A stretch of DNA of 64,000 bases, from contig MHKS01000004.1 in assembly GCA_001818495.1 (NCBI GenBank), positions 161,235-225,234 of the forward strand, read 5' to 3'. A program made the translations under genes and the position numbers. This DNA comes from Candidatus Komeilibacteria bacterium RIFOXYD1_FULL_37_29. GTDB lineage: Bacteria; Patescibacteriota; Patescibacteriia; UBA1558; GWA2-36-10. The notes below the pieces were generated by a model, which made no database searches, was not told where the DNA came from, and worked only from the letters and a program-made list of their open reading frames with translations. The first letter of the stretch is position 1; each line of letters starts with the position of its first letter. Below are positions 29,747 to 39,467 of this stretch, piece after piece.

Positions 29747-29919
29747 ACATTAATTTTAAAAAATTTAATAATAAAGATGTACAGTATTTACTAGTTATGA
29801 TCTTGATATTTTTTTGTTCGATTATCATCACTATTATATGGAGCATGGGGTATGTAGTTTGGTGGTTATTTTCTAAATTAAAATTATATATATTAAAGAA
29901 AAACGATTTTGTGAGTTAA
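29743..29919 (+). CDS. Small membrane protein (58 aa), not in ORF track
   Basis: ATGA overlap with the previous stop; MNINFKKFNNKDVQYLLVMILIFFCSIIITIIWSMGYVVWWLFSKLKLYILKKNDFVS. Confidence 0.5.
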   Translation: MNINFKKFNNKDVQYLLVMILIFFCSIIITIIWSMGYVVWWLFSKLKLYILKKNDFVS

Positions 29920-30029
29920 TTATCGGTTCATTGACAACAATATCTATCTTTGAATATAAAGATGATGAATAAAAGCGATTTTGGCAGATAACTAGGTTAT
30001 GTTATAATTATTTATAATTAAATAAATTT

Positions 30030-30611
30030 ATGAATAAGAAGATAATAGTGTTATTAAGTGTCTGTATTTTTATATTACTAACTATTTGGGGGTATAATAG
30101 TTTGTATGATTCTGATACTCCAAATAATAATGAAAATATCAATCTTAATAATGCGTCAGATGAAATAGACACTGGTGATTGGGTGGAGTATAGGAATGAA
30201 GCATTAGGGTTTGAATTTAAACATCCGGGTGATTGGATAGTAGAATTAAGAAGAGTAAATTACGGAATACATACTGCAGATGAAGTTTATTTTTATATCA
30301 CAGTAAGTAAAAATAATCCATCAGAGAGTAATCGTTTTTCTAAATTAATAATAACCACTTTTGAAAATATCGAAGGGAAATCTCCGGAAGAAGTGATTTC
30401 TATAAATGAAAATTTTTCTCTTAATGAATTTCAGAGTTTATTTTTAGATGATTTTTTGTTAAATGGAGTGATAGTTAAAAAATATATGATTCCTGGTTTT
30501 ATTTCTTTGCCAGCTGTAATTTTTTATAGTAATGATAAAGTACACCAAATAAAATATAGTCTAGAAGAGGATATGTTTATGGAGATTATGGATACATTTA
30601 AATCTATATAA
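30030..30611 (+). CDS. Membrane-anchored PsbP-like hypothetical protein
   Basis: N-terminal TM; WVEYRNEALGFEFKHPGDW; C-terminal IMDTFK. Confidence 0.65.
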   Translation: MNKKIIVLLSVCIFILLTIWGYNSLYDSDTPNNNENINLNNASDEIDTGDWVEYRNEALGFEFKHPGDWIVELRRVNYGIHTADEVYFYITVSKNNPSESNRFSKLIITTFENIEGKSPEEVISINENFSLNEFQSLFLDDFLLNGVIVKKYMIPGFISLPAVIFYSNDKVHQIKYSLEEDMFMEIMDTFKSI

Positions 30612-30636
30612 TAATTAAAATTTATATTCGAGGATA

Positions 30637-30685
30637 GAGAGTTTAAACAATTGGGTTTAGACTCTTTTTGTGTTCTTTAACAATT
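30637..30685 (+). promoter_or_regulatory. Terminator hairpin immediately followed by a boxA-like element
   Basis: agagtttaaac...gtttagactct plus T tract, then TGTTCTTTAACAATT at 30671-30685 (E. coli rrn boxA is TGCTCTTTAACA). Confidence 0.55.
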
Positions 30686-30786
30686 AAATAATAAACAAGA
30701 AAGGAGATTTGCCGATGATTTTTTGGCAGGAGATTTGTAACTTGTCGTAGTCTGTAAACAAAAAATTTTCGAAAAGGAGTATTGTC

Positions 30787-33700
30787 ATGCAAAAGATCAT
30801 AGTATTTATTGTGGCGTTGATGTTGTTCAACATTAACCTTTTTGCGCAAACCGTTCCAATGGCTGATGGTTTTCAGTTGCCATTATATGAGTATGATATT
30901 AGTGATAATTGTCTTGAGTGGGGCGGTTGGGGGTCTAGTTTTTATGAAGGACAGCGTCATTTAGCAGATGATGAATGTTCTCCGTCTGGAACGGAAGTTT
31001 TCGCATCGGCCAATGGTATTGTTCGTTTCTCTCATAACAATGGGTCTTGCCCTGATAACTGGGGACCTTTGATTGTAATTGAATCAAACACAAACAACGG
31101 TAGTGTCTGTGTTATTTATGGACATGTTGTAAGTGAACCATCAATTATTGAAGGAGGTTCAGTAGTTAGAGGTCAAAAAATTGGGAAAATTGCAGACGGT
31201 ACTGGATGTTGGTCTGATCATATTCATTTTGGTATTTACATAGGAGAATATGGAATGCCCAACGGCGAATATCCTGGCTGGCTTCGTGGTTATTTATTTC
31301 CTGGTGCATGGCCAGGTAATTATGTTGACCCTATATGGTATGTAGAAAATAATCCCCCCAGCTCTTCATCTACCGTTGGTTGTTTTAGCACTAATGACTG
31401 TAGTGGTGCTGTATCATTGTCTTTTCAACAAAAGTATAATGCTATGGCTACTGCGGGGCATCCTTTGGGGAATCCATGGGACAACGGCGGTTCTATCTAT
31501 GTTCATGAAGTAAATGGTATGTATATCCAAGACTTCCAGGATCCTCGTGATCAGGGCGGTCCTAGCAATGGATATTATCATCCATACACTGCACTGATCT
31601 ATGATGCTGCTACTGTTTCTACGGCCAATGTCCGTTTGCTAAAAGAAGGCTTTTGGGATACTTGGATGAATAATACTGGTTGGGTCAATTTTGGCTCACC
31701 GATTACTGACGAGTATTCTAATGGTGGGGAGATTTGGCAAACATTCCGTCGTTATGGTCAAAACTATCCTAGTAATCAGAGTGATTATGAGAATTTCTAT
31801 TTTACGTGGAATTCTAACACTCAATTACTGGAGGTTTTGGACAAAAACTATAATCCGGTGGATTTTTCACAATTGACCGTTACTACTGCTGATATTTTTA
31901 CTAGAGTTTTTAAAAGCGCTAGTTTAAATGATTCAACCTCAAATGAATTTAAGCAGTACAATGGACTGGATTATAGTTTAAGTGATAGTACGGGCGGCGG
32001 ATCACGATTAGTGTCGGATACTAAGATTAGTATTGCTAAGGTGACATCAACTACTACGGAGCCAGAGGGAGTCTATCATTCTGGTTTAATAGTCAGTAAT
32101 CTTGGTCAGCCTTTTCCTTTAATCAATCAGCGTGATTATGATAATTTTTACGCTGTGATTAATGGAACAGTAATACCAATTGATCCATTCACTATGAATG
32201 GTGATATGACTATTTACGTTGGCGGTTCTTCGTCTGGACCGGATATTCAATTTAGTCATTGGACTATTTATCCTAATCCAGGGACGGTTGGTCAGCAGAT
32301 TCATGTGGAAGGACAGATAAATAATCAAGGTTCTTCATCTGTTACTTTATCAGAAGTAAGAGTGGAGTTTTTTGATCCTAATGGTACGGAAATATATCAC
32401 TGGTCTGAGTACAATGTTACTCTAGATCCGGGATATTATTGGTACCAGTGGTTATATTGCTATCCCTACATTTCTGGTAATTATACGGCTCGTTTTCGTG
32501 GGCTCATAAATGGTCAATGGCAAACTTATTCCACACAAACTGTTTATGTTCAGAATAATCCTAATTACCCAGTAGCTGATTTTACTAGTAATCCTTTATC
32601 TGGTCCAGCGCCATTGACTGTTCGGTTTACTGATTTATCAACCAATAACCCCAAACGTTGGCAATGGTTGTTTGGAGACGGTAGCGTCTTGCATGATGTT
32701 CAAAATCCACAACATACTTTTGTCAATCCGGGAACTTATACTGTTGATTTATTGGTATTCAATGATTTTGGAGGCGATCGGATAATAAAAGGAGGATTCA
32801 TAACTGTTTATGAGGCAGTTGTGGCCAACTTTACATCTGATGTCGTTTCTGGATCAGTACCCCTGACTGTCCATTTTACTGATCAGTCAACTGGCAACCC
32901 CACATCCTGGTATTGGGATTTTGGTGATGGCAATGTGTCGTATGACCAGCATCCACTACATACATATGTAGTAGCCGGCATATACTCAGTGTCTTTGACA
33001 GTTGGCAACCAAAATAGTTCAAATGTCAAGGTAGTTTCCAATATGATTACAGTAAAGGAAACGTTTGATCATTGTGCTATAGGGATATTAACAACTAAGG
33101 ATAATGGAGGTGGATGGAGGGGATTTACTATTCGTGGTAATTACGCTTATGTGGCCAATGGATTGCTAGGCTTGCAGATAGTGAACATCAGCAACCCGGT
33201 AGCACCACAGATCATTGGTTCGGTAAATACCCCAGATTATGCTTTCCATGTTTCTATTTTGGATAATTATGCCTATGTATCTGATGGTTCATCAGGCTTG
33301 CAGATAGTGAACATCAGCAACCCGGTAGCACCACAGATCGTTGGTTCGGTGCATCTTCCAGATAGAGTATATGGAGCATCAATTGTTTCTAATTTCATTT
33401 ATGTCTTTGATGCTGGTTCTAGACTCAGTATTTTTGATGCCAGTAATCCAGCATCACCAACTTTGGTCAACTCACTAGTCCTACCGGCCAATGTCACCGG
33501 CATCAGTTTTTATAAAACTTATGCTTATATGACCAATGGCAGTTATGATTTGCGTATTTTTGATATTAGCAACCCGGTAGGGCCAGTTCTTCTTAGCACC
33601 AAGAGCTTACCTGGCTATGCCTCTGATGTTTATGCTGATAGCAATTACGTTTATGTGGCTGCTTATGCGTCTGATTTGCAGATAGTCGATGCCAGCAATC

Positions 33701-34512
33701 CAACATCACCACAACTAATTGGTTCGCTCGATTTATCCTACTATGCTTTGGAAGTTGTGGTTTCCGATGGATATGCTTATGTTGTTAATGTTGATCCGGA
33801 CACTTCTAGTGTTGAGATAATTGACATTAGCAATCCAGCATCACCAGCGCTTGTAGGATCTGTTGGTTCAGCTTATGATCAGATTATGGATATAATTGTA
33901 GAGGATGGTTTGGCTTATATGACAGATTATCAAGGAGGCTTTGCAATTGTGTCGCTTGATTGTGCTTTGCCGGCTTCACCAAACTTCACAGCTACTCCAA
34001 AGTCTGGCTACTCTTCTTTGACTGTTCAATTTGCTGATCAGTCAACGGGTAACCCTACTTCATGGTACTGGGATTTTGGTGATGGCACTACATCGACTCA
34101 GCAAAATCCGCAGCATATCTATAGAGGAGGTGGCAATTGTACGGTTAGTCTTACTGTTAGTGATGGTGATTTTACCAACACCAAAATCATTGACAATTTC
34201 ATTACGATCAAAGTCAAAAACTTTAAAGATGATCGCAAGATGGAATTGTATGCAAACCACCCCAACCCTTTTAATCCTAGTACTACTATTAGTTATTCGT
34301 TGCCAACATCGCAACACGTTAGCCTAGTGGTTTATAACATACTAGGCCAAGCAGTAACTACTCTAGTAGATGGAATGAAAGAAGCAGGGGAACATTCAGC
34401 AATTTGGGATGGTCGTAATGATCATGGCAGTCCAGTTTCTTCGGGAATGTATTTTTACCGACTAACTACTGTTGAGAGTTCAATTGTTCGTAAAATGATC
34501 TTACTAAAATAA
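30787..34512 (+). CDS. Secreted multidomain protein: M23 peptidase, LGFP-like region, Ig, PKD x3, LVIVD repeats, FlgD-Ig/T9SS type A-like C-terminal domain
   Basis: Signal peptide; HLADD and HIHFG; WxFGDG x3; GLQIVNISNP repeats; NHPNPFNPSTTISY...GMYFYRL...KMILLK. Confidence 0.85.
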   Translation: MQKIIVFIVALMLFNINLFAQTVPMADGFQLPLYEYDISDNCLEWGGWGSSFYEGQRHLADDECSPSGTEVFASANGIVRFSHNNGSCPDNWGPLIVIESNTNNGSVCVIYGHVVSEPSIIEGGSVVRGQKIGKIADGTGCWSDHIHFGIYIGEYGMPNGEYPGWLRGYLFPGAWPGNYVDPIWYVENNPPSSSSTVGCFSTNDCSGAVSLSFQQKYNAMATAGHPLGNPWDNGGSIYVHEVNGMYIQDFQDPRDQGGPSNGYYHPYTALIYDAATVSTANVRLLKEGFWDTWMNNTGWVNFGSPITDEYSNGGEIWQTFRRYGQNYPSNQSDYENFYFTWNSNTQLLEVLDKNYNPVDFSQLTVTTADIFTRVFKSASLNDSTSNEFKQYNGLDYSLSDSTGGGSRLVSDTKISIAKVTSTTTEPEGVYHSGLIVSNLGQPFPLINQRDYDNFYAVINGTVIPIDPFTMNGDMTIYVGGSSSGPDIQFSHWTIYPNPGTVGQQIHVEGQINNQGSSSVTLSEVRVEFFDPNGTEIYHWSEYNVTLDPGYYWYQWLYCYPYISGNYTARFRGLINGQWQTYSTQTVYVQNNPNYPVADFTSNPLSGPAPLTVRFTDLSTNNPKRWQWLFGDGSVLHDVQNPQHTFVNPGTYTVDLLVFNDFGGDRIIKGGFITVYEAVVANFTSDVVSGSVPLTVHFTDQSTGNPTSWYWDFGDGNVSYDQHPLHTYVVAGIYSVSLTVGNQNSSNVKVVSNMITVKETFDHCAIGILTTKDNGGGWRGFTIRGNYAYVANGLLGLQIVNISNPVAPQIIGSVNTPDYAFHVSILDNYAYVSDGSSGLQIVNISNPVAPQIVGSVHLPDRVYGASIVSNFIYVFDAGSRLSIFDASNPASPTLVNSLVLPANVTGISFYKTYAYMTNGSYDLRIFDISNPVGPVLLSTKSLPGYASDVYADSNYVYVAAYASDLQIVDASNPTSPQLIGSLDLSYYALEVVVSDGYAYVVNVDPDTSSVEIIDISNPASPALVGSVGSAYDQIMDIIVEDGLAYMTDYQGGFAIVSLDCALPASPNFTATPKSGYSSLTVQFADQSTGNPTSWYWDFGDGTTSTQQNPQHIYRGGGNCTVSLTVSDGDFTNTKIIDNFITIKVKNFKDDRKMELYANHPNPFNPSTTISYSLPTSQHVSLVVYNILGQAVTTLVDGMKEAGEHSAIWDGRNDHGSPVSSGMYFYRLTTVESSIVRKMILLK
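33168..33350 (+). repeat. Near-identical 57-nt internal repeat in the LVIVD region (126-nt period)
   Basis: 33168-33224 versus 33294-33350, one mismatch. Confidence 0.8.
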
Positions 34513-34546
34513 GATCAAAACCCTTTCTGTTTGTTGTTTAGTAAAC

Positions 34547-34625
34547 AAAGCCCCATTTAGTTTAACTAGGTGGGGTTTAAAATTTAATGGAGCAAAAAAC
34601 ATTGTGCTAAACACGGTGTTTTTTA
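34547..34625 (+). terminator. Two tandem terminator hairpins after the PKD gene
   Basis: aaagccccatttag...ctaggtggggttt and aaaacattgtg-ctaaa-cacggtgtttt. Confidence 0.7.
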
Positions 34626-34732
34626 TTTTTTTACTTACTGATAAAAAGTGGGAAGAAATACTAAAAAGAAAATCGCTCGCCGTAGCTTTATGCGTAGGGG
34701 GAGCGATTTCTTATATTCCTCAGATGAAATGA

Positions 34733-34849
34733 CTAGGACTGGAGAGCCCTCAAGATGCAAATTAGGAAAAGTAGCCCGATTTTAGACAGGCTCCACCAGA
34801 GGGCAAGTTTGCCAATGGTGTCATGGATAACATCCTGTTTGTTGGTCAC
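34733..34849 (-). CDS. Small hydrophobic orphan peptide (38 aa), not in ORF track
   Basis: AGGAGG-5 nt-GTG; MTNKQDVIHDTIGKLALWWSLSKIGLLFLICILRALQS. Promoter TTGACT-17-TATAAT (34951-34923); hairpin near 34670-34710 downstream. Confidence 0.6.
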   Translation of the reverse strand: MTNKQDVIHDTIGKLALWWSLSKIGLLFLICILRALQS

Positions 34850-35037
34850 GATTTCCTCCTTGGAAATGTATATATAAGTAGTTTATTACAACGTTGTGAT
34901 TAAAGAACAAATACAGATTATTATTATAACATTGGTTTTTATAGCAGTCAATAACATTTGAATTATTATTTCCAAAAACTCCATATAAATGGTATAATAC
35001 CAACACAGTTTAATATTAATTTTACTATATTTTGTAT

Positions 35038-35409
35038 ATGCGCAAGGATTATATAGCGATTTTTTTGGTAGTAGTGGCCATAATTTTGGGCATTATTTTT
35101 TATTTTAATGGTTTTAAAGCGGAAAACAAAAATGTCTTAAAATATACCGCTGGTTGTAGCTCAGAAAAAATAGACGCTTCGGTCTATGGTTTGCGTGGTG
35201 ACACCAGCCGGATTGGTGCTTTTATTAGTTTTGCCGAAGTACCTCTTAGTGGCGATGTCAGAACTCAACTTACCGAGTTGGGTGTGGCCTTAAAAGAAGA
35301 TACCTGGATTTTTGATTATGCTATTGCTGAAATTCCCACCGAATCTTTATGTATTTTGGCGGAGCGGGATTTTGTCAAAGGAATATTTATACCTCAAACC
35401 AATAATTAG
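35038..35409 (+). CDS. Membrane-anchored hypothetical protein
   Basis: N-terminal TM, genome-typical composition, directly upstream of pgk. Confidence 0.65.
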   Translation: MRKDYIAIFLVVVAIILGIIFYFNGFKAENKNVLKYTAGCSSEKIDASVYGLRGDTSRIGAFISFAEVPLSGDVRTQLTELGVALKEDTWIFDYAIAEIPTESLCILAERDFVKGIFIPQTNN

Positions 35410-35416
35410 TAGTTTT

Positions 35417-36577
35417 ATGACGCTCAAAGTAATCAATCAAATAAAAAATTTAGATAATAAAAGGGTTTTGTTGCGTTTGGATCTCAATGTCCCATTTTCC
35501 GATGGTCAGGTGGATAAAGAAGATGATAAGCGGGTCCAGACAGCACTGCCCACTATTAAATATTTGTTAAGTAAAAAAGCCAAAGTAATCATTGTGGCTC
35601 ATCTTGGTCGGCCCAAGGATAAAGTAGTCCCTAGTCTATCCATGAGTCCGATTTCAGTCTATTTATCCAAAGTACTCAAGAAAAAAGTGACTTTTTGGCC
35701 TGGTAATTTTCGCGATTATTTAGAGGAAAGTTTTAAAATAAAGCCAGGCAGTGTAGTGATGATAGAAAATATTCGTTTTGAACCAGGAGAAAAGAAAAAT
35801 AGTAAAGAGCTAGCTCGTGACCTTAGTAGATTGGCGGATATTTATGTCGATGATGCTTTTGGCAATATTCATCGTCAAGATGCTTCGATGCACGCCATTT
35901 GTGATTTTTTGCCTGCTTATGCGGGATTATTAGTCGCTGAAGAAGTCAAACATTTGTCTAATATTTATAAAGTAAAAAAAGGATTAGTTTATATCTTTGG
36001 TGGCGCTAAAGCTGAAACTAAAATAAAATTAATCAAAAAAGTCATGACTAAGGCCGAGGCTATTTTAGTCGGCGGACCGCTAGCCTCGACACTCTTAAAA
36101 TCAGCTGGTTACAATGTTGGGCGGTCTTTGGTAGATGATGATTATGTAAAATTAGGCCAGACCTTATTAAAGAGCAAAGTAGCCATGCCTCTAGATGTTT
36201 GTGTGGCCGCTAGTCCTCAAGCTAAAAAGTATAGAGTATTAACCGTCGATAAAGTTTCTAAAAATGACATGATTTTAGATATTGGACCAGCCACTGTTGA
36301 TAGATATATAAAAATTCTTAAAACAGCCAAGTTGGTTATTTGGAACGGACCTTTTGGTTATTTTGAAAATCCGATTTATATGGGCGGGTCTAGAAAAATA
36401 ATGCAAGCTTTGGCCAAATCAAAAGTCAAAGTTATTTTAGGTGGTGGCGAAACAGTGGGTTTGGCTGAAAAATTGAAATTGGCTGATAAATTTGATTTTA
36501 TCTCCACTGGTGGCGGGGCTATGCTCACTTTTTTGGGTGGCGAAAAAATGCCATCTTTGGACAGATTAAAAAAATAA
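35417..36577 (+). CDS. pgk: Phosphoglycerate kinase
   Basis: RLDLNVP, HLGRP, ENIRF, WNGP, STGGGA; ATG at 35417. Confidence 0.95.
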   Translation: MTLKVINQIKNLDNKRVLLRLDLNVPFSDGQVDKEDDKRVQTALPTIKYLLSKKAKVIIVAHLGRPKDKVVPSLSMSPISVYLSKVLKKKVTFWPGNFRDYLEESFKIKPGSVVMIENIRFEPGEKKNSKELARDLSRLADIYVDDAFGNIHRQDASMHAICDFLPAYAGLLVAEEVKHLSNIYKVKKGLVYIFGGAKAETKIKLIKKVMTKAEAILVGGPLASTLLKSAGYNVGRSLVDDDYVKLGQTLLKSKVAMPLDVCVAASPQAKKYRVLTVDKVSKNDMILDIGPATVDRYIKILKTAKLVIWNGPFGYFENPIYMGGSRKIMQALAKSKVKVILGGGETVGLAEKLKLADKFDFISTGGGAMLTFLGGEKMPSLDRLKK

Positions 36578-36602
36578 AAATAGCTTGATTAAAATATAAA
36601 AT

Positions 36603-37874
36603 ATGCCAGATAAAATAAAAAAAATAAGCGCTCTAGAAATAATTGACTCTCGTGGTAATCCGACGATTGAAACTACCGTGGAGTTGTCTAGTGGTATTTC
36701 CGGCACTGCTTCTGTACCATCAGGAGCTTCTACCGGACGTTTTGAAGCCCACGAACTAAGAGACGGCGATCAGGCGCGCTACAACGGCAAGGGAGTACTT
36801 AAGGCTATTAACAATGTTAATACTATCTTTAACCAAGAGTTAAATGGCTTGTCGGTGGTGGAGCAGAAAAAAATTGACGATTTGATGATCAAGCTGGATG
36901 GCAGTAAAAATAAAAGCAATTTGGGCGCCAATGCTATTGTGTCGGTTTCTTTAGCAGTTGCTCACGCGGCGGCCAAGTTTAATAAGGTAGAACTTTATGA
37001 GTATTTGCGTTCTTTATATAATCCTAAGCTAAAAAAATATCAGTTGCCAACCCCAGTGGTCAATGTGATAAATGGTGGAGCACACGCTTCTACCAACATC
37101 AATATTCAGGAATTTTGGTTAGTACCGGCCAAAGCCAAAAATTTTTCCGACAAACTTCGCCAAGCTAGTGAAATATTTCATAAATTAGGGGATATTTTAC
37201 AAGTCGCTGGCTATGATACTGATTTGGGCAACGAAGGTGGCTATGCTCCAGAAGTAAAATCACATAAACAGGTCTTTGAATTTTTGATGCAAGCCATAGA
37301 ATCGAGCGGTTATCAGCCGGGGCAGGATATATTTTTAGGCATTGATGCTGGAGCTTCTGAGTTTTATGATAGTCACAACAAAGTTTATAAATTGGCTTTG
37401 GAAGGTAAAGATTTTACCAGTAGTGAATTGATTGATTTTTATTTTGATCTGATGGAACTATATCCTTTGACTTTAATAGAAGATCCCCTAGATCAAGAAG
37501 ATTGGAATTCTTGGGCTGATTTTAGCGCTGATCATTTTATTAACGCTAATGATATTAAAATTATCGGCGACGATTTGTTTGTCACCAATGTTTTAAGACT
37601 AAAAAAGGGAGTAGAGTTGGGTGTAGCCAACAGCATTTTGATAAAATATAATCAAATTGGTACGCTTAGTGAAACCTTTGAGACTATCAGATATGCCAGA
37701 GAGAATAATTATAAGATAATCATATCTCATCGTAGTGGTGAGACCACCGATACCACGATTGCGGATTTGGCAGTCGCTGTTAATGCCGATTATATTAAAA
37801 CCGGTTCTACCGCCAGAGGAGAAAGAACCGCCAAATACAATCGTTTGTTAAGAATTGAGCAAAAAATAAAATAA
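36603..37874 (+). CDS. eno: Enolase
   Basis: DSRGNPT, PSGASTG, SHRSGET, KYNRLLRIE. Confidence 0.97.
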   Translation: MPDKIKKISALEIIDSRGNPTIETTVELSSGISGTASVPSGASTGRFEAHELRDGDQARYNGKGVLKAINNVNTIFNQELNGLSVVEQKKIDDLMIKLDGSKNKSNLGANAIVSVSLAVAHAAAKFNKVELYEYLRSLYNPKLKKYQLPTPVVNVINGGAHASTNINIQEFWLVPAKAKNFSDKLRQASEIFHKLGDILQVAGYDTDLGNEGGYAPEVKSHKQVFEFLMQAIESSGYQPGQDIFLGIDAGASEFYDSHNKVYKLALEGKDFTSSELIDFYFDLMELYPLTLIEDPLDQEDWNSWADFSADHFINANDIKIIGDDLFVTNVLRLKKGVELGVANSILIKYNQIGTLSETFETIRYARENNYKIIISHRSGETTDTTIADLAVAVNADYIKTGSTARGERTAKYNRLLRIEQKIK

Positions 37875-37877
37875 TTT

Positions 37878-39443
37878 ATGTCAAATATAAAAAAAAGAAA
37901 TTTACCTTTGTTTTTGTTGATTTTGGACGGCTGGGGGATTTGGAAAGAAAAAAAAGGCAATGCCATTGCCCTGGCCAAGACGCCAGTGATCAACGGACTT
38001 TATAAAAAATATCCGCATACTTTACTGCAAGCGTCAGCCAAGTTTGTGGGCCTACCTAGCGGTCAGCCAGGAAATTCCGAAGCTGGCCACATGAATATTG
38101 GTGCTGGTCGAGTAGTCGAGCAAGATGCTGTTATTATTTCCAAAAGCATCAACAACGGCACATTTTTTAAAAATCCAGCATTTTTGCAAGCGGCTCGCCA
38201 CGCCAGTGACAATAATTCCAATATCCACCTGATGGGGCTTTTATCAGATGGCTCCAGTCCACACTCCGACATTGATCATCTATTGTCTCTGATTACTTTT
38301 TTTACCAGTCGGACTAAACAAAAAATCTATTTGCATCTTTTTACTGATGGGCGTGATTCACCACCCTTTGCCGCTTTGAAAATTCTTAGTCAATATAAAT
38401 CTGTTTTTAATTCTAATCGGGTTAGTGTGGCGACCATCATGGGTCGGTTTTATGCCATGGATAGAAAAAAATCTTGGGCTAGAACCAAACAAGCTTTTGG
38501 TGCTTTGGTTATGGGTAAAGGTTATCTGATTAAATCAGCTACGGAGGCAGTGGAGCGGGCTTATAATCGAGGGGAAAGTGATGAGTTTATAAAACCATCA
38601 GTGGTGGTCCATAAAAATAAAAAACCAGTCGGAGCAGTACAGAGTAATGATACTATGGTATTTTTCAATTTGCGATCTGATCGCGCCCGGCAGCTGACCA
38701 AAGTTTTTGCTCAAAATGATTTTACCAAAAAAAATAAGGGAGCCTTTTCTTTGGGCCGCAAAATAACCAATTTATTGTTTGTGGCTTTGACTGATTTTGG
38801 TCCGGATTTGGAAGGCGTTTTGACAGCTTATCCGGGTATGGATGTGTCCGATACATTACCGATAGCTTTGCGCGGTTTACGTCAATGCTATATTGCCGAA
38901 ACCGAAAAATACGCCCATGTTACTTACTTTTTAAACGGTGGTTATGATCATCCAGTGGCCAATGAAGATTGGGTCAATATTCCTTCCAAAGATGTAGACT
39001 CTTATGCTGATCAGCCGGAGATGAGTACCAATGAGCTCACCAAAAGAGTCTTGGGTGATTTAAAAGATAATCCTTATGATTTTGTTCTGATGAATTTTGC
39101 GGCGCCTGATATGGTGGGGCACACTGGTAATCTTAAAGCGGGTATTAAAGCAGTGGAAATAGTTGATAAGGCGGTTGGTCAAATTATTGAGGCAGTGTTG
39201 GCTAAAAAAGGCACGATCATTATCACCGCTGATCATGGTAATATCGAAGAAATGATTAATCTTTCTACTGATGAGATTGATACTGAACACTCTATCAATC
39301 CAGTACCTTTTATTGTTATCAATCACCGTAGTTATAAATTGAAAAAAAATGGTAAATTATCCAATATTGCACCAACTATTTTAGATATTTTTGGTATTCA
39401 AAAACCAAAACTCATGAATGAAAAATCTTTAATTGTTAAATAA
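37878..39443 (+). CDS. gpmI: 2,3-BPG-independent phosphoglycerate mutase, copy 1
   Basis: ILDGWG, GNSEAGH, AETEKYAHVT, DMVGH, TADHGN. Confidence 0.95.
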   Translation: MSNIKKRNLPLFLLILDGWGIWKEKKGNAIALAKTPVINGLYKKYPHTLLQASAKFVGLPSGQPGNSEAGHMNIGAGRVVEQDAVIISKSINNGTFFKNPAFLQAARHASDNNSNIHLMGLLSDGSSPHSDIDHLLSLITFFTSRTKQKIYLHLFTDGRDSPPFAALKILSQYKSVFNSNRVSVATIMGRFYAMDRKKSWARTKQAFGALVMGKGYLIKSATEAVERAYNRGESDEFIKPSVVVHKNKKPVGAVQSNDTMVFFNLRSDRARQLTKVFAQNDFTKKNKGAFSLGRKITNLLFVALTDFGPDLEGVLTAYPGMDVSDTLPIALRGLRQCYIAETEKYAHVTYFLNGGYDHPVANEDWVNIPSKDVDSYADQPEMSTNELTKRVLGDLKDNPYDFVLMNFAAPDMVGHTGNLKAGIKAVEIVDKAVGQIIEAVLAKKGTIIITADHGNIEEMINLSTDEIDTEHSINPVPFIVINHRSYKLKKNGKLSNIAPTILDIFGIQKPKLMNEKSLIVK

Positions 39444-39467
39444 AATTAATATTGAATTAACTGAAAT

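Noticed and set aside
32881-34090. DGR template/variable repeat pair among the PKD repeats
   Set aside because: Differences are mostly synonymous and not adenine-specific, and there is no reverse transcriptase in the window.
34821-35006. ORF-track entries 34821..35006(-), 30643..30849(-), 4127..4312(-), 57691..57903(+) and other short antisense or nested ORFs
   Set aside because: They overlap promoters or well-supported genes and lack recognisable motifs or RBS; likely spurious.
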